A stretch of DNA of 64,000 nucleotides from Candidatus Acidiferrales bacterium (GCA_050012455.1 JBEKHD010000017.1:13046-77045), one strand, 5' to 3'; shown: positions 45,412 through 55,436, counted from the stretch's first letter. Numbers and translations: made by a program. The notes: a model not told the origin generated them from the sequence alone.

Positions 45412-46860
45412 ATGGGAACTGCGACGAAAGTGCCAGTAAAGACATGGGGATTTTATCTCGACGGAAAATGGATCACGGAAGGCGAACGATTTGAAGTTTT
45501 AGCTCCCTACGACCGCGCCATAGTCGGCGCATCCTATCGTGCAACAGCCGCCGACGCCGAAGCAGCCGTGCGAGCCGCGCAACGTGCATTCCAAGTCACG
45601 CGCAAGATGGCTGGATACGAGCGACAAGCCATTCTCCGCGCCATTTCTGACGGCATCAGCAAGCGCCGCGAAGAATTTGCGCAAGTCATCGCGCTCGAGG
45701 CAGGGAAGCCCATCCGCACGGCGCACCTTGAAGTGGACCGCGCGATCTTCACCTTTGCTGTCGCGGCCGAAGAAGCCACGCGCATCGGCGGCGAGTGGCT
45801 GCCGCTGGATTGGCAGGCTTCCACCGCGGGCCGAGCCGGAATCGTTCGCCGCTTTGCGCTGGGCCCGATTCTGGCCATCACGCCGTTTAATTTTCCGCTG
45901 AATCTGGTGGCGCACAAGGTCGCACCGGCGATTGCCGCGGGCTGCACCACGGTGTTAAAGCCTGCTCCGCAAACTCCGCTTACGTCGCTGCTGCTTGCAG
46001 AAGTAATCGAGCAAGCTGGACTGCCGCCGGGCGCTCTGAATGTGTTGCCGCTCGCAAATCAAGTCGCGGAGAAATTGGTTGGCGACGATCGGCTGAAGAT
46101 GCTCACCTTCACCGGAAGCGTTCCAGTGGGCTGGGCGCTAAAAGGGAAGTCCGGCAAGAAAAAAGTGACGCTTGAATTGGGCGGCAACGCCGGGGTGATT
46201 GTGCACTCTGATGCCGATGTGGACGTTGCGGCGGATCGTTGCGTGGTCGGAGGTTTTTCCTACGCCGGGCAGAGCTGCATCTCCGTGCAGCGCATCTACG
46301 TGCAGTGCGGCGTTGCACAGAAATTTCTGGCGCGACTGCTCGACGGCGTCAAAAAACTGCGCGTCGGCGATCCGTTCAATGAAGCCACGGACGTCGGCCC
46401 CATGATCAGCGAAGACGCGGCGCGCCGTGCCGCTGCTTGGATTGAAGAAGCTGTTGCGGGCGGCGCCAGGGTGCATGCGGGCGGCGCCACGCGCGAGGGT
46501 GCGGTATTGCAGCCTACGGTGCTGACGAATGTCCGGGCAGATTTGAAGGTCAGTTGCCAGGAGGTTTTCGCGCCGGTGGTGATTGTCGAGCCGTACGATG
46601 ATTTTGCCGAAGCCATCCGCCGCGTAAACGATTCGCCGTTCGGACTGCAAGCGGGCGTCTTCACGCGCGATGCAAAGTTGCTGTTTTCGGCGTTTGAGAA
46701 TCTGGAAGTGGGCGGAGTGATCGCAGGAGATATGTCCGCGTTTCGGATTGATCACATGCCGTATGGCGGCGTGAAGGATTCGGGAATCGGCCGCGAAGGA
46801 TTGCGCTATGCAATCGAGGAAATGACCGAGCCGCGAATCCTGGTCCTCAATTTGGCCTAG
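45412..46860 (+). CDS. NAD(P)-dependent aldehyde dehydrogenase (succinate-semialdehyde DH candidate)
   Basis: GAGGA RBS. The start is at MGTATKVPVK, whereas the ORF track begins at 45223 inside gabT. Motifs FTGSVPVG, LELGGNAG and GQSCISVQR. Confidence 0.88.
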   Translation: MGTATKVPVKTWGFYLDGKWITEGERFEVLAPYDRAIVGASYRATAADAEAAVRAAQRAFQVTRKMAGYERQAILRAISDGISKRREEFAQVIALEAGKPIRTAHLEVDRAIFTFAVAAEEATRIGGEWLPLDWQASTAGRAGIVRRFALGPILAITPFNFPLNLVAHKVAPAIAAGCTTVLKPAPQTPLTSLLLAEVIEQAGLPPGALNVLPLANQVAEKLVGDDRLKMLTFTGSVPVGWALKGKSGKKKVTLELGGNAGVIVHSDADVDVAADRCVVGGFSYAGQSCISVQRIYVQCGVAQKFLARLLDGVKKLRVGDPFNEATDVGPMISEDAARRAAAWIEEAVAGGARVHAGGATREGAVLQPTVLTNVRADLKVSCQEVFAPVVIVEPYDDFAEAIRRVNDSPFGLQAGVFTRDAKLLFSAFENLEVGGVIAGDMSAFRIDHMPYGGVKDSGIGREGLRYAIEEMTEPRILVLNLA

Positions 46861-46894
46861 GCCGGGATAATCGCTCACCTGAGCGAAGTCCGGC

Positions 46895-47824
46895 TTACTT
46901 TGCTATCTCACTCGCCTCTGGAAACAACAACGATGCGGCCACTGTTGCCACCAAGATTCCCACAATCACCGCCAGGGAAATTGGAGCGGAGACAGGCAGC
47001 CATTCGCTCAACGTCATTTTCACGCCGACAAATACTAGAATCGCCGCCAGCCCCTGATGCAAAAAGCGGAAGCGCGGCAGCAGATCCGCCAGCGCGAAAT
47101 ACAAAGCCCGCAAACCCAGAATCGCGAACACGTTCGAGGAATAGACAACGAACGCGTTGCGCGTGATCGCCAGAACTGCCGGGACCGAATCCACCGCGAA
47201 AATAATGTCCATGGCCTCGACCGCCACCAGCGCCAAACAGAGCGGCGTGGCAATCCATTTTCCGGCTTGCTTCACGAAGAAGCTCTCGCCCTCGAAGTGA
47301 TCGGTTACTGGAATCACCCGCCGCGCCATTACCACCAGCGGGTTACGATCCGGCCGCATCACACGCTTGCCGGGGAAAAACATCCTGGCGCCCGTCAGCA
47401 GCAGTAGCGCCCCAAAAACGTACAACACGGAGTGAAACGTCTGCAGTAATTCCACGCCCGCAAGAACGAAAAGGGCGCGCATTACCAGAGCCCCCAGCAC
47501 CCCCAGAAACAAAACCTTGTGCTGCGATTGCGCCGGCACGTCGAACGCCTGAAAAATCAGCAGAAAAACGAAAATATTGTCCACGCTCAACGACTTCTCG
47601 ACCAAATAACCGGTAAGAAATTCGACCCCCACCTGCGGTCCCTGCGAATAATAGAGCCACAGATTAAAAAGCAGCGACACGGAAATCCACGCCGCGCTCT
47701 CTAGCAACGCTTCGCGAAGGCCGATAACGTGGTTTTTACGATGAAAAACGCCCAGGTCAATCAACAAGGCCGCAGCCGTGGTGACAGCAAAGACTACCCA
47801 GATGTGAATCGGCGTTCCGAGCAT
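46895..47824 (-). CDS. TerC-family integral membrane protein (Alx/YkoY-like)
   Basis: MLGTPIHIWVVFAVTTAAALLIDLGVF aligns with the TerC/Alx N-terminus, and there are multiple TM segments with LSVDNIFVF. An alternative TTG start lies at 47857. Confidence 0.85.
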   Translation of the reverse strand: MLGTPIHIWVVFAVTTAAALLIDLGVFHRKNHVIGLREALLESAAWISVSLLFNLWLYYSQGPQVGVEFLTGYLVEKSLSVDNIFVFLLIFQAFDVPAQSQHKVLFLGVLGALVMRALFVLAGVELLQTFHSVLYVFGALLLLTGARMFFPGKRVMRPDRNPLVVMARRVIPVTDHFEGESFFVKQAGKWIATPLCLALVAVEAMDIIFAVDSVPAVLAITRNAFVVYSSNVFAILGLRALYFALADLLPRFRFLHQGLAAILVFVGVKMTLSEWLPVSAPISLAVIVGILVATVAASLLFPEASEIAK

Positions 47825-48001
47825 GGGGCTTTTGATGCCAGCAAGCGGCGCTTGCAAGCGGGCACCAGTCTAACCGGGCAGCCGCCGTGAATGAAGGCCG
47901 ATATTGCACATTTGTGCCACTTAATGGTTGCAGGCGTTGCGCGGATGCACGATAATTCGGCATTGTAGTCCCCGGCTTGGAGCCATCCTGGCGGCTTTTG
48001 C

Positions 48002-50767
48002 GTGATTAACTGTCCTCACTGCAGCACGGTGAATCCGGATTTCGCTGAATCCTGCTCACGTTGCGGGACTCCCATGCCATTGGGCGAGTCCGAAACGATT
48101 CAGATGGTGGATGCCACCGTCATCACGCCGGGTAGCGATTTCGGAACGCGCTATCGCATCGACGCCCTGCTAGGACAGGGTGGCATGGGCCGCGTCTATA
48201 AGGCCTATGACAAAGATCTGGACCGAACTGTCGCCATCAAAGTGGTTCGCGACGGCGCAATCGGCGAATCCGATGCGCTGAAACGTTTCAAGCAGGAACT
48301 GGTCCTCGCCAGCAAAATCTCCCACAAAAATATTCTGCGCATTCACGACATGGGCGATGTCGGCGGCCTGCGTTTTATTTCCATGGCCTTCGTCGAAGGC
48401 AAGGATCTGCAGCACATCATCCGCGAAAACCCCAAGATGCCGCTGGAACGCATTCTGAATTTTTCCAGGCAGATTGCGGAGGCGCTGGCTGCCGCGCACG
48501 CCGAAGGTGTGGTCCATCGCGACTTGAAGCCGCAAAACTTGCTGGTGGATAAGAACGACCAGATTTTCGTTTGCGATTTCGGCCTGGCGAAATCGTTCGA
48601 AGAAGGCGCCATCGGCATGACGCGCACCGGCGCCTTTCTCGGCACGCCGCGTTATATGTCGCCCGAACAGGTGGAAGGGAAGCCCGCCGACGGCCGCGCC
48701 GACCTCTACGCTTTCGGCCTGATTTTGTACGAAATGGTGATCGGCGATGTGCCATTCACCGGCGAATCCACGCTGAAAGTGATGTACCAGCGCATTCAGG
48801 AAAAGCCCAAGAGCCCAAAACTCCTGCGGCCGGATCTTCCGAACTGGCTGGTAAAAATCATCATGCGGTGTCTGGAACGCGATCCGAACGATCGTTATCA
48901 GAATGCCTACGAAATTCTCGCGGATCTGCAGGGCGGCCAATCAGGCAGCGGCGTATCGCGCGTCGGAATGTCGCGCATTGGTTCCGGCTCGCAAAGCGTA
49001 ATCATTCAAATTCCTGAATTCGCCAGCCATCTTTGGGTCTGGATCGTGGCGGGCGCCGTAGCGGCGCTGCTGCTGGCGCTCGCGATACCACCGGTGCGGC
49101 ATTTGATTCCCGGCTTTCGCGTGGAACAGACGGGGCCTGCTGGCTCCGCCGCCTCGGGCATTCCGCCGCTTTCAAGCGGACGTTACGTCGCAATTCTGCC
49201 GCTGCAGGTTCTCGGCGACCAATCACAGCTTGATTACCTGGCACAAGGCATCCAGGAAGCGCTTTCCGCCAAACTCTTCCAGTTGAAAGGCGTGCACGTC
49301 ACCTCGTCCGATGCTGCCTCCAAGGTCGATCCCAAGCAGCCTCTGCAGAAAATCGCGCGCAGCCTCGGCGCGAACACTTTGGTACAGGGGATGGTGCAAG
49401 GCAATGGCGACAGAATCCGCATCATCCTGAATATGGAGGACGTGGTTAACGGCAAGCGCATCTGGAGCCAGCAATTCGACGGCGTTCCGGCGGACCTGTT
49501 CACGCTAGAGGACCATATCTACGCGCAGGTGGTGTCGGCGATGGATGTGAATCCGACGAATGAGGAGAACGCCAACGCCGAGACGCGCCCCACGGACAAT
49601 GTCGCATCGTACGATTTCTACCTGCGCGGCCGCAACGCCCTGCGCGTGAACGACGCCAAAAGCATCCAGACCGCGCTCGACTTTTTCAATCAGGCCGTGA
49701 AACAGGATCCCAAGTTCGCGCTCGCTTATACGGGAGTAGCCCAGGCCAGCCTGCGCATGTACGGATTGACGAACGACGGCTTCTGGACCCAGAAGGCGCA
49801 GGCGGCGGCGCAACAAGCTCTGCAATTGAACGATAAACTGCCGGAAGTTCACTCCACGCTTGGCAGCGTCTATCGCGCCACGGGGAAATATTCAGAAGCA
49901 ATCGCCGAGCTGAATCGCGCGCAGGCCTTGGCGCCCAATTCAGACGAAGTTTATTGGCGCTTGGGCACGGTGTATCTGTCGAAGGGCGATATGCCACACG
50001 CCATTGAAGCCTATCAAAAGGCCGTGCAGCTCAACCCTTACTACTGGGTCAACGAGAATTCCCTCGGCGCGGCTTACTTCCAACTGGGAGATTACGACAA
50101 GGCGCTCGAGGCGTTCAAGCAGGTTGCTACGCTCGAACCGGACGTCAACGCAGGCTACGAGAATACGGGGAACGTGTTGGTACAGCAGGCTAAATACGGC
50201 GAAGCGGTACCCTATCTGCAAAAGGCTCTGGCAATTGAACCCAATGCCGGCGCTTACTCGAATCTCGGCACCGCCTATTTTTTCCTGAAGCAGTACGCGG
50301 AGTCCGCGCAGGCCTTCGAGAAGGCAGTAGCGCTGAACGCCAACGACACGCAATTAGCCGTCAACCTAGGCGATGCCTATCGCGCCTTGGGCCAGACCGA
50401 TAAGGCCCACGCTGCCTACCAGCAAGCGATTTCCGCGGGTTACAAAGAATTGCAGACGAATCCGCAAGACACATCTGTATTGGCGGAGGTTGCGCTGTCT
50501 TACGCTAAACTCGGAAAGCCTCAGGACGCGGAGACATTCATAGCTCGCGCCCGCGCGCAGGATAAGAAGGACGTCAACCTCGCCTACACTGAAGTCCAGA
50601 TCGATGCGCTGAACGGGAAATCGAGCCAGGCGATGACGCTACTTGCAGCCGTGCTCGCAGATCATTATCCCGCGGAGTCCGCGGCAGTTGACCCGGATTT
50701 GGAAAGCCTCCACAGCAACCCGGACTTCGACAAGCTGATCAAGAAATACTCAACCAAGAAACCCTAA
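48002..50767 (+). CDS. Ser/Thr protein kinase with N-terminal zinc ribbon, one TM, periplasmic TolB-N-like module and C-terminal TPR array
   Basis: CPHCSTVNPDFAESCSRCG zinc ribbon. Hanks kinase motifs GQGGMGRVYKA, VAIK, HRDLKPQNLL, DFGLA and GTPRYMSPE. TM at LWVWIVAGAVAALLLALAI. There are at least 8 TPR-like repeats. Confidence 0.9.
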   Translation: MINCPHCSTVNPDFAESCSRCGTPMPLGESETIQMVDATVITPGSDFGTRYRIDALLGQGGMGRVYKAYDKDLDRTVAIKVVRDGAIGESDALKRFKQELVLASKISHKNILRIHDMGDVGGLRFISMAFVEGKDLQHIIRENPKMPLERILNFSRQIAEALAAAHAEGVVHRDLKPQNLLVDKNDQIFVCDFGLAKSFEEGAIGMTRTGAFLGTPRYMSPEQVEGKPADGRADLYAFGLILYEMVIGDVPFTGESTLKVMYQRIQEKPKSPKLLRPDLPNWLVKIIMRCLERDPNDRYQNAYEILADLQGGQSGSGVSRVGMSRIGSGSQSVIIQIPEFASHLWVWIVAGAVAALLLALAIPPVRHLIPGFRVEQTGPAGSAASGIPPLSSGRYVAILPLQVLGDQSQLDYLAQGIQEALSAKLFQLKGVHVTSSDAASKVDPKQPLQKIARSLGANTLVQGMVQGNGDRIRIILNMEDVVNGKRIWSQQFDGVPADLFTLEDHIYAQVVSAMDVNPTNEENANAETRPTDNVASYDFYLRGRNALRVNDAKSIQTALDFFNQAVKQDPKFALAYTGVAQASLRMYGLTNDGFWTQKAQAAAQQALQLNDKLPEVHSTLGSVYRATGKYSEAIAELNRAQALAPNSDEVYWRLGTVYLSKGDMPHAIEAYQKAVQLNPYYWVNENSLGAAYFQLGDYDKALEAFKQVATLEPDVNAGYENTGNVLVQQAKYGEAVPYLQKALAIEPNAGAYSNLGTAYFFLKQYAESAQAFEKAVALNANDTQLAVNLGDAYRALGQTDKAHAAYQQAISAGYKELQTNPQDTSVLAEVALSYAKLGKPQDAETFIARARAQDKKDVNLAYTEVQIDALNGKSSQAMTLLAAVLADHYPAESAAVDPDLESLHSNPDFDKLIKKYSTKKP

Positions 50768-51128
50768 TTCCGCCGGGTCTTCCGCTCCCGCAGGTAGTCT
50801 TGAATTAGCTAATCGTGCTACGGCGTGATTTATCCTGCGCTTTCGCTGCGCGGGATCGATGGAAACGGGACGGTTAGGCTTTATCCGAAGGGCGCCGCCA
50901 GCGATCTCGTATGACGGTGAGCAGGGCAGGCCGATCGCAGGCACTTCGCGATTGACGTTGTGGCGGCCGCCTTTCAGGCGTTCGGCTTCTTAACTGTGTG
51001 GCTGCATCGCGTTCACCGGTGCCAGCGCGGTGGCCTGCGGACAGCCGTCGCAGCGAATGCCTATGGCACCTACCATCAGCCATGAGGTAGGGACATCCGT
51101 CAGGGAAATCGCGAGGCCCAAAAAGCCT

Positions 51129-51162
51129 TCTGCCCACCACGACGCTAGCCGTGGTGGGCAGA
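51129..51162 (-). terminator. Probable intrinsic terminator of the PEP-CTERM gene
   Basis: 13-bp perfect stem TCTGCCCACCACG / CGTGGTGGGCAGA with an 8-nt loop, 45 nt past the stop codon. On the - strand it is followed by AAGGCTTTTTGGG. Confidence 0.5.
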
Positions 51163-51206
51163 CTCAGTACCATCAGATCGCCGATGATTAATACAGGCGT
51201 CTAGCT

Positions 51207-51860
51207 TCAGCAGGCCGCCAAATTATCGGAGTTGACCTGGCTCAGTTCGATTGCTTGCCGGCGCTTCCAACCACAAAATCCAACCAACGCGATTCCCAAT
51301 CCGAGCATGGCGAATTCGGCAGGCTCAGGAGTGATCTCCGCCGATCCAGCCTCGCCGGGCAACAACCCAGTGCAGGGGCTGTTGGGATTTGGATCGCATT
51401 CCAACTCCAGCAACTCAAGACCATTACCGTTGATACCTACCGCCGCCGGGCACGTGTTGAACGCAGGCGTGAGGCCAGGGGCTGCCCCCAGGGTGCAAGT
51501 GTAAATCGCGTTCTGGATCGTGGGTGTGATCGCGATCCACAGGTCGGACAGGGTGTCGGACGCAGGGCAAACATCGCCAACACAATCCGTCGGTTCATAA
51601 ACGAAGTTCGTCAGGAGATCGAATGTGCCGCCGCCATCGACCTGTGCCAGGGTCGGCCCCGCAACAGCCACTGGATTCGAGAACGAATTCGACGTGAAAC
51701 AAGTCACGCCTTCCGGCACTTCACTGCAAGGTTCGATGGTCGGGTCCGTGGGCACGACAATCTTCACCTTGGGATCGAGACCGTCAGCCTTAGCTACGTT
51801 CGCTCCAACCATCGCCAAAGCGACTACTGCCACGATCGCCAACGTTTTACAAAATCTCAT
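51207..51860 (-). CDS. PEP-CTERM sorting-domain secreted protein, Cys-rich
   Basis: GGAGGTGGG RBS before the ATG at 51860. Signal peptide (LAIVAVVALAMVGANVAKA). C-terminal TPEPAEFAMLGLGIALVGFCGWKRRQ gives PEP motif + TM + basic cluster, and 17 extra residues follow. Confidence 0.8.
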   Translation of the reverse strand: MRFCKTLAIVAVVALAMVGANVAKADGLDPKVKIVVPTDPTIEPCSEVPEGVTCFTSNSFSNPVAVAGPTLAQVDGGGTFDLLTNFVYEPTDCVGDVCPASDTLSDLWIAITPTIQNAIYTCTLGAAPGLTPAFNTCPAAVGINGNGLELLELECDPNPNSPCTGLLPGEAGSAEITPEPAEFAMLGLGIALVGFCGWKRRQAIELSQVNSDNLAAC

Positions 51861-52330
51861 CAACCCACCTCCGCGCAATTTCCATCCGCCGGGGAGAGTA
51901 GCACGTTCGCCTCCAAGTGACAATCAAAACCATAAAAATAAATCCTTTGGATTGAATTGGTTCCAGCTACAGCTTCTTCCCTCTTGATTCTCAATATGCA
52001 ACACTTTGCACAACTCGGGACTTGTCCTATCTCTATGTCGCACTTGGTGTTGTCCCCGTTTTGGTGCCCCAATTCGATACCTCGCTTCTACGCATACCGC
52101 TATCAACAGGGCCGTTCGGCATTCTGGACGCGCTCTGCGATCTGCCTCGTGTTGGAGACTATCGCTCGCGAACTCGCCGCCGCCCCAATCACCACTCGCG
52201 AGCTCACTGCAGCAGGTAACATCCGAACTGCAGGCGAATAAGAAACTGGGGTGGAAAGCCGCGCGCTAATCGGCGGAGATTCCATGGACTAAACCTGAAA
52301 TGTCGCGGGCTGGGAGAGCCTCGCGGGGAA

Positions 52331-54772
52331 TTACGGTGAACTCATGGTGGCCGAGCGAATCGCGGCAAGCCGATTTTCCATCTCGGTCGCCTCTTTCGTG
52401 CGTCCCAAAGTCCGCAGCGTACGCGCCTCACTGCTCAAGACTGGCGCAAGTTGCGGGCTGTTCGGCCCGAACTGTTTTTCCCCTACGGCGATCAGCTGCC
52501 GCGCGTACGGCTCCAGTTTGTCGGGCTTGCCCCACTTGTCGTAAAGATTGCACGCGCTGCTCAGCGGCATCAACAAGTTAATGCCGTCGTGGCCGTACAA
52601 CGATTCGTCAATATGCAGCGCGCGCAGGATGTAGGGCTCGGCCTTGGCATAATCCTGCTGCACGATGTAAACGCTGGCTGCGTCGAGCAGGCTGGCCGCC
52701 ACGCGATCGCTGCCTTCGCCGTAAACTTTCTCGTTCACATCCACTTCGCGGAAAAAGAACTTTTCCGCAGCGGCGTAATCGTGCGACATGAGCGCGTTGC
52801 GTCCCAGGGACTGCAACGGCATGGCGGTGTTCGCGGAATGCGCGCCAAATATTTCCTCGCTCACTTTCAGTTCGCGCTCGTAAGCCGCTTCGGCCGCGGC
52901 TGGATCCTGGCCCAGATATTCATTCCCGACGTGATCCAGAGCAGTCACCAGGCGTTGATCGTGCGGCTGCATTTTATCGGCCAGCTCCACCGCTTGCTGA
53001 AAATGTCGCAGCGCTTCGTCAAAATGCCGCAATTGGTTGGCCTGTTCGCCCGCCTGCATGGCCGCATCAATCTTCTCCGATAAACTCGGCGCCGCTTCCC
53101 TGTGCTGGATCCGCGCCTCCAGTGCCACCGCATCCGAGGATTTGCCGGACGATTTCAGCGCGGCGATATGCAATTGCATCCGCTCCTTGGCTTTCTTATA
53201 TTCCACTTGAGGATCCGGGGCATCCATCCGCGTAATTTTCGTGCGGTAGTCGGCGCTCGAATCCAGAAGCGCCGCTTTGTGATATTCGTCCAGCGACTCG
53301 GCCCAATTTCCATTTTTCTCCAGCGCATCCGCCAGTTCGATCATCACTGGCACTTGTCCCGGCGAAAGGGCGATGGCCTGCTGGAACTCGCTCACCGCTG
53401 CAGCGCTGTCGCCCGACGCCAACAAAGCCTGCGCGTAGTATTCGTGCACGAACGCGCTGCTGGGCTTGAGATCCTCGGCTTGTTTCAGCTCGTCGATCGC
53501 GTGCGCGTAGTCCTTTTTGGCCATCAGCGCTCGACCGACTCCTAAATGTGCATCGACGGAGTTAGGGTCCAATTTTGCCGCCACTCGATATTCCTGGAGC
53601 GCTTCATCGTACTTTTCTTGCGTTTCGCGCAGCGCGCCCAGACCGGTGTGCGGCAGCGGGTCCGACGGGTCTAGCTTGATCGCCAGCAGAAATTCTTTTT
53701 CTGCGCCGGCCAGGTCCCAGGTTCGATGCAAAGCAAGTCCCAGGCAGTAGTGACAAAGCATCACGTCGGGAAAATCCCTCTCGAGATCGCGAAATTCCTG
53801 CACCGCCTCGGCATTAAAATTATGATTCACGAGGCCCGCCGCCAGGTTATGCCGCCCGTCGTAGCGGTTCGGATCCAGCCGCTTCACTGCGCGATATTCC
53901 CGAATGCTGGAATCGAAGTCGCCCTTCTGATCAAACGCCAAACCCAGGTTGTAGTGTGCGTCGACGTCATTCGGATTCAGCGCGATGGCTTTCTTGTAGT
54001 GCACAATCGCGCCGTTGATGTCTCCTTCCAGCGAATACATCAGCGCCAGATCGAAGTGCACGGACTCGTAGTCGGGTTTCAGTCGCAAAGCCGCTTCGTA
54101 TTCCTCGTCCGCAGCGTCGAATTTGCGCATTGCCGCTAGCGCCAGCCCCGCGTTCTTGTGCGCCTCCGCGTTATCAGGAGTCGCCGCCAGTGCCGCCTTC
54201 GCTTCGCGCAGAGCCTCCTCTTGCTCGTCCAGTCGGTGCCAGATGAAACTCAACTTGGTGTGCGCTTCGGGAAAATCAGGATCTTGGTGCAGGACTTCCT
54301 TATATACCGCCATCGCCTCAGGCCAGCGCTCCTGCAGGTGAAGCATTTGGCCCATCACAAATCCGGTTTCAGGGCTTTCAAAACTGGCTTTTAGCACCGC
54401 TGTCAATTCGGTAGCGCCTTCTGGGAACTTCTTGGTTTGGATCAGCTTCGCTGCGTTGACGATGTGTTCCAGTTGTTCCTTGTGCGGAGGTTGCTTCACG
54501 CCTTCCGGCGCAATCACTTTCGCGGAATTCAGTGCGACTAAAATCCTCGGATCGGCACCGACGGCTTGCAGTTGTGCACGGAAAGTAGGATCGCTGGCAA
54601 AGCTCACACCGCGGTCATGAATGGCCGAAACAATATTTTCAGGCAGTGCTGCGCCTGCCACCAATGCCAGCAGCTGAGTTTCTCGTAGCGGCTCGTGGCT
54701 TCCTTGCGCGCTCACGCCGCAGGACGAACAGCCCAGCACCACGAAAAGTAAACAAGCGGAACTTCTGCTCAT
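52331..54772 (-). CDS. Large secreted tetratricopeptide-repeat protein
   Basis: GGAGGGGG RBS and signal peptide (LLFVVLGCSSCGVSAQG). More than 15 TPR-like units, e.g. AEAHKNAGLALAAMRKFDAADEEYEAALRLKPDY. Confidence 0.85.
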   Translation of the reverse strand: MSRSSACLLFVVLGCSSCGVSAQGSHEPLRETQLLALVAGAALPENIVSAIHDRGVSFASDPTFRAQLQAVGADPRILVALNSAKVIAPEGVKQPPHKEQLEHIVNAAKLIQTKKFPEGATELTAVLKASFESPETGFVMGQMLHLQERWPEAMAVYKEVLHQDPDFPEAHTKLSFIWHRLDEQEEALREAKAALAATPDNAEAHKNAGLALAAMRKFDAADEEYEAALRLKPDYESVHFDLALMYSLEGDINGAIVHYKKAIALNPNDVDAHYNLGLAFDQKGDFDSSIREYRAVKRLDPNRYDGRHNLAAGLVNHNFNAEAVQEFRDLERDFPDVMLCHYCLGLALHRTWDLAGAEKEFLLAIKLDPSDPLPHTGLGALRETQEKYDEALQEYRVAAKLDPNSVDAHLGVGRALMAKKDYAHAIDELKQAEDLKPSSAFVHEYYAQALLASGDSAAAVSEFQQAIALSPGQVPVMIELADALEKNGNWAESLDEYHKAALLDSSADYRTKITRMDAPDPQVEYKKAKERMQLHIAALKSSGKSSDAVALEARIQHREAAPSLSEKIDAAMQAGEQANQLRHFDEALRHFQQAVELADKMQPHDQRLVTALDHVGNEYLGQDPAAAEAAYERELKVSEEIFGAHSANTAMPLQSLGRNALMSHDYAAAEKFFFREVDVNEKVYGEGSDRVAASLLDAASVYIVQQDYAKAEPYILRALHIDESLYGHDGINLLMPLSSACNLYDKWGKPDKLEPYARQLIAVGEKQFGPNSPQLAPVLSSEARTLRTLGRTKEATEMENRLAAIRSATMSSP

Positions 54773-54949
54773 TGCCCCCTCCGCATCACGGTTCGGTTTT
54801 ACCGGATAGTTACGAAAGGGTCGCTAGTACGTTGGTACTACCGAGGGCGGATTGTTACTAAAAAAGAACAGCATGGAGTTATTAAAGCGAATGCGATGGC
54901 GTGCGCGAACCGGACTGGAAGTGTGTCGCAATGGAAAGACGAGTCGCAT

Positions 54950-55219
54950 TCAGATCGAACGAGCCGTGGCGCCGGGGCGATCACTCTGTGAAGATCTGCG
55001 CCGTCTGAGAAGGGCACGTCCTGAGGAGCTGATCCTGACGATGCTGCGCCCGCTCGCTTCCACTCGCTCGATCAGCCCGCGATCGTCGGCTTCCTCCCAA
55101 ACCGGAAGCTTGGGGCAGGAAGTGCGCCACGCATCCATTACCTCATCGTAGTTCCTGTCACGTATTGCGAGCCATGCAAGGAGGTCGAGAATCAGCGCGT
55201 CCAATACAGGGTCTGTCAT
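54950..55219 (-). CDS. Small hypothetical protein (89 aa)
   Basis: The N-terminal 60 aa look protein-like (LDALILDLLAWLAIRDRNYDEVMDAWRTSCPKLPVWEEADDRGLIERV). The RBS is weak and no family was recognised with certainty. Confidence 0.45.
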   Translation of the reverse strand: MTDPVLDALILDLLAWLAIRDRNYDEVMDAWRTSCPKLPVWEEADDRGLIERVEASGRSIVRISSSGRALLRRRRSSQSDRPGATARSI

Positions 55220-55436
55220 GAGCTGCTCTTCGAGTGTCTGCGCTCAATATACCCCAAAACGCCCTCCGCTCCGCAGCGATTTGCTCGCCGTGTTTTCCGC
55301 GCCTGCTGGTAAGCTACGAGCTGTTCAAGATCGCGCAGAACGGCGAAGCGGATTCGTCGTCCGGATGCGTTCCCCGAGTCCGCATCCAGCACCTTCGCGA
55401 TTTATTTTCAAAGTGTATTCATAACGGGAGTTTTCC

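Noticed and set aside
46861-46894. A bidirectional terminator between the convergent ALDH and TerC genes (GCCGG...CGCTCAcctGAGCG...CCGGC).
   Set aside because: The inner stem has a 2-3-nt loop and the outer stem is only 5 bp. No T/A tracts flank it, so it is too weak to call.
47825-48001. A yybP-ykoY (Mn2+) riboswitch upstream of the TerC-family gene, as found before alx/ykoY.
   Set aside because: The minus-strand leader contains only a partial look-alike (CCGGGGACUACAAUGCC against the conserved GGGGAGUAGC). It lacks the conserved UUGACAUA and AGCAAGACC-type 3' elements. The only clear structure is a CGCTTGCAAGCG palindrome at ~47848-47859. An Infernal scan with RF00080 would settle it.
51861-52330. 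A sigma-54 promoter upstream of the PEP-CTERM gene. Minus-strand TGTGCAAAGTGTTGCAT around 51995-52011 has a good -12 TTGCA.
   Set aside because: The -24 element reads TGTGCA instead of TGGCAC (GG is not conserved). No enhancer-binding protein gene is nearby, so the evidence is insufficient.
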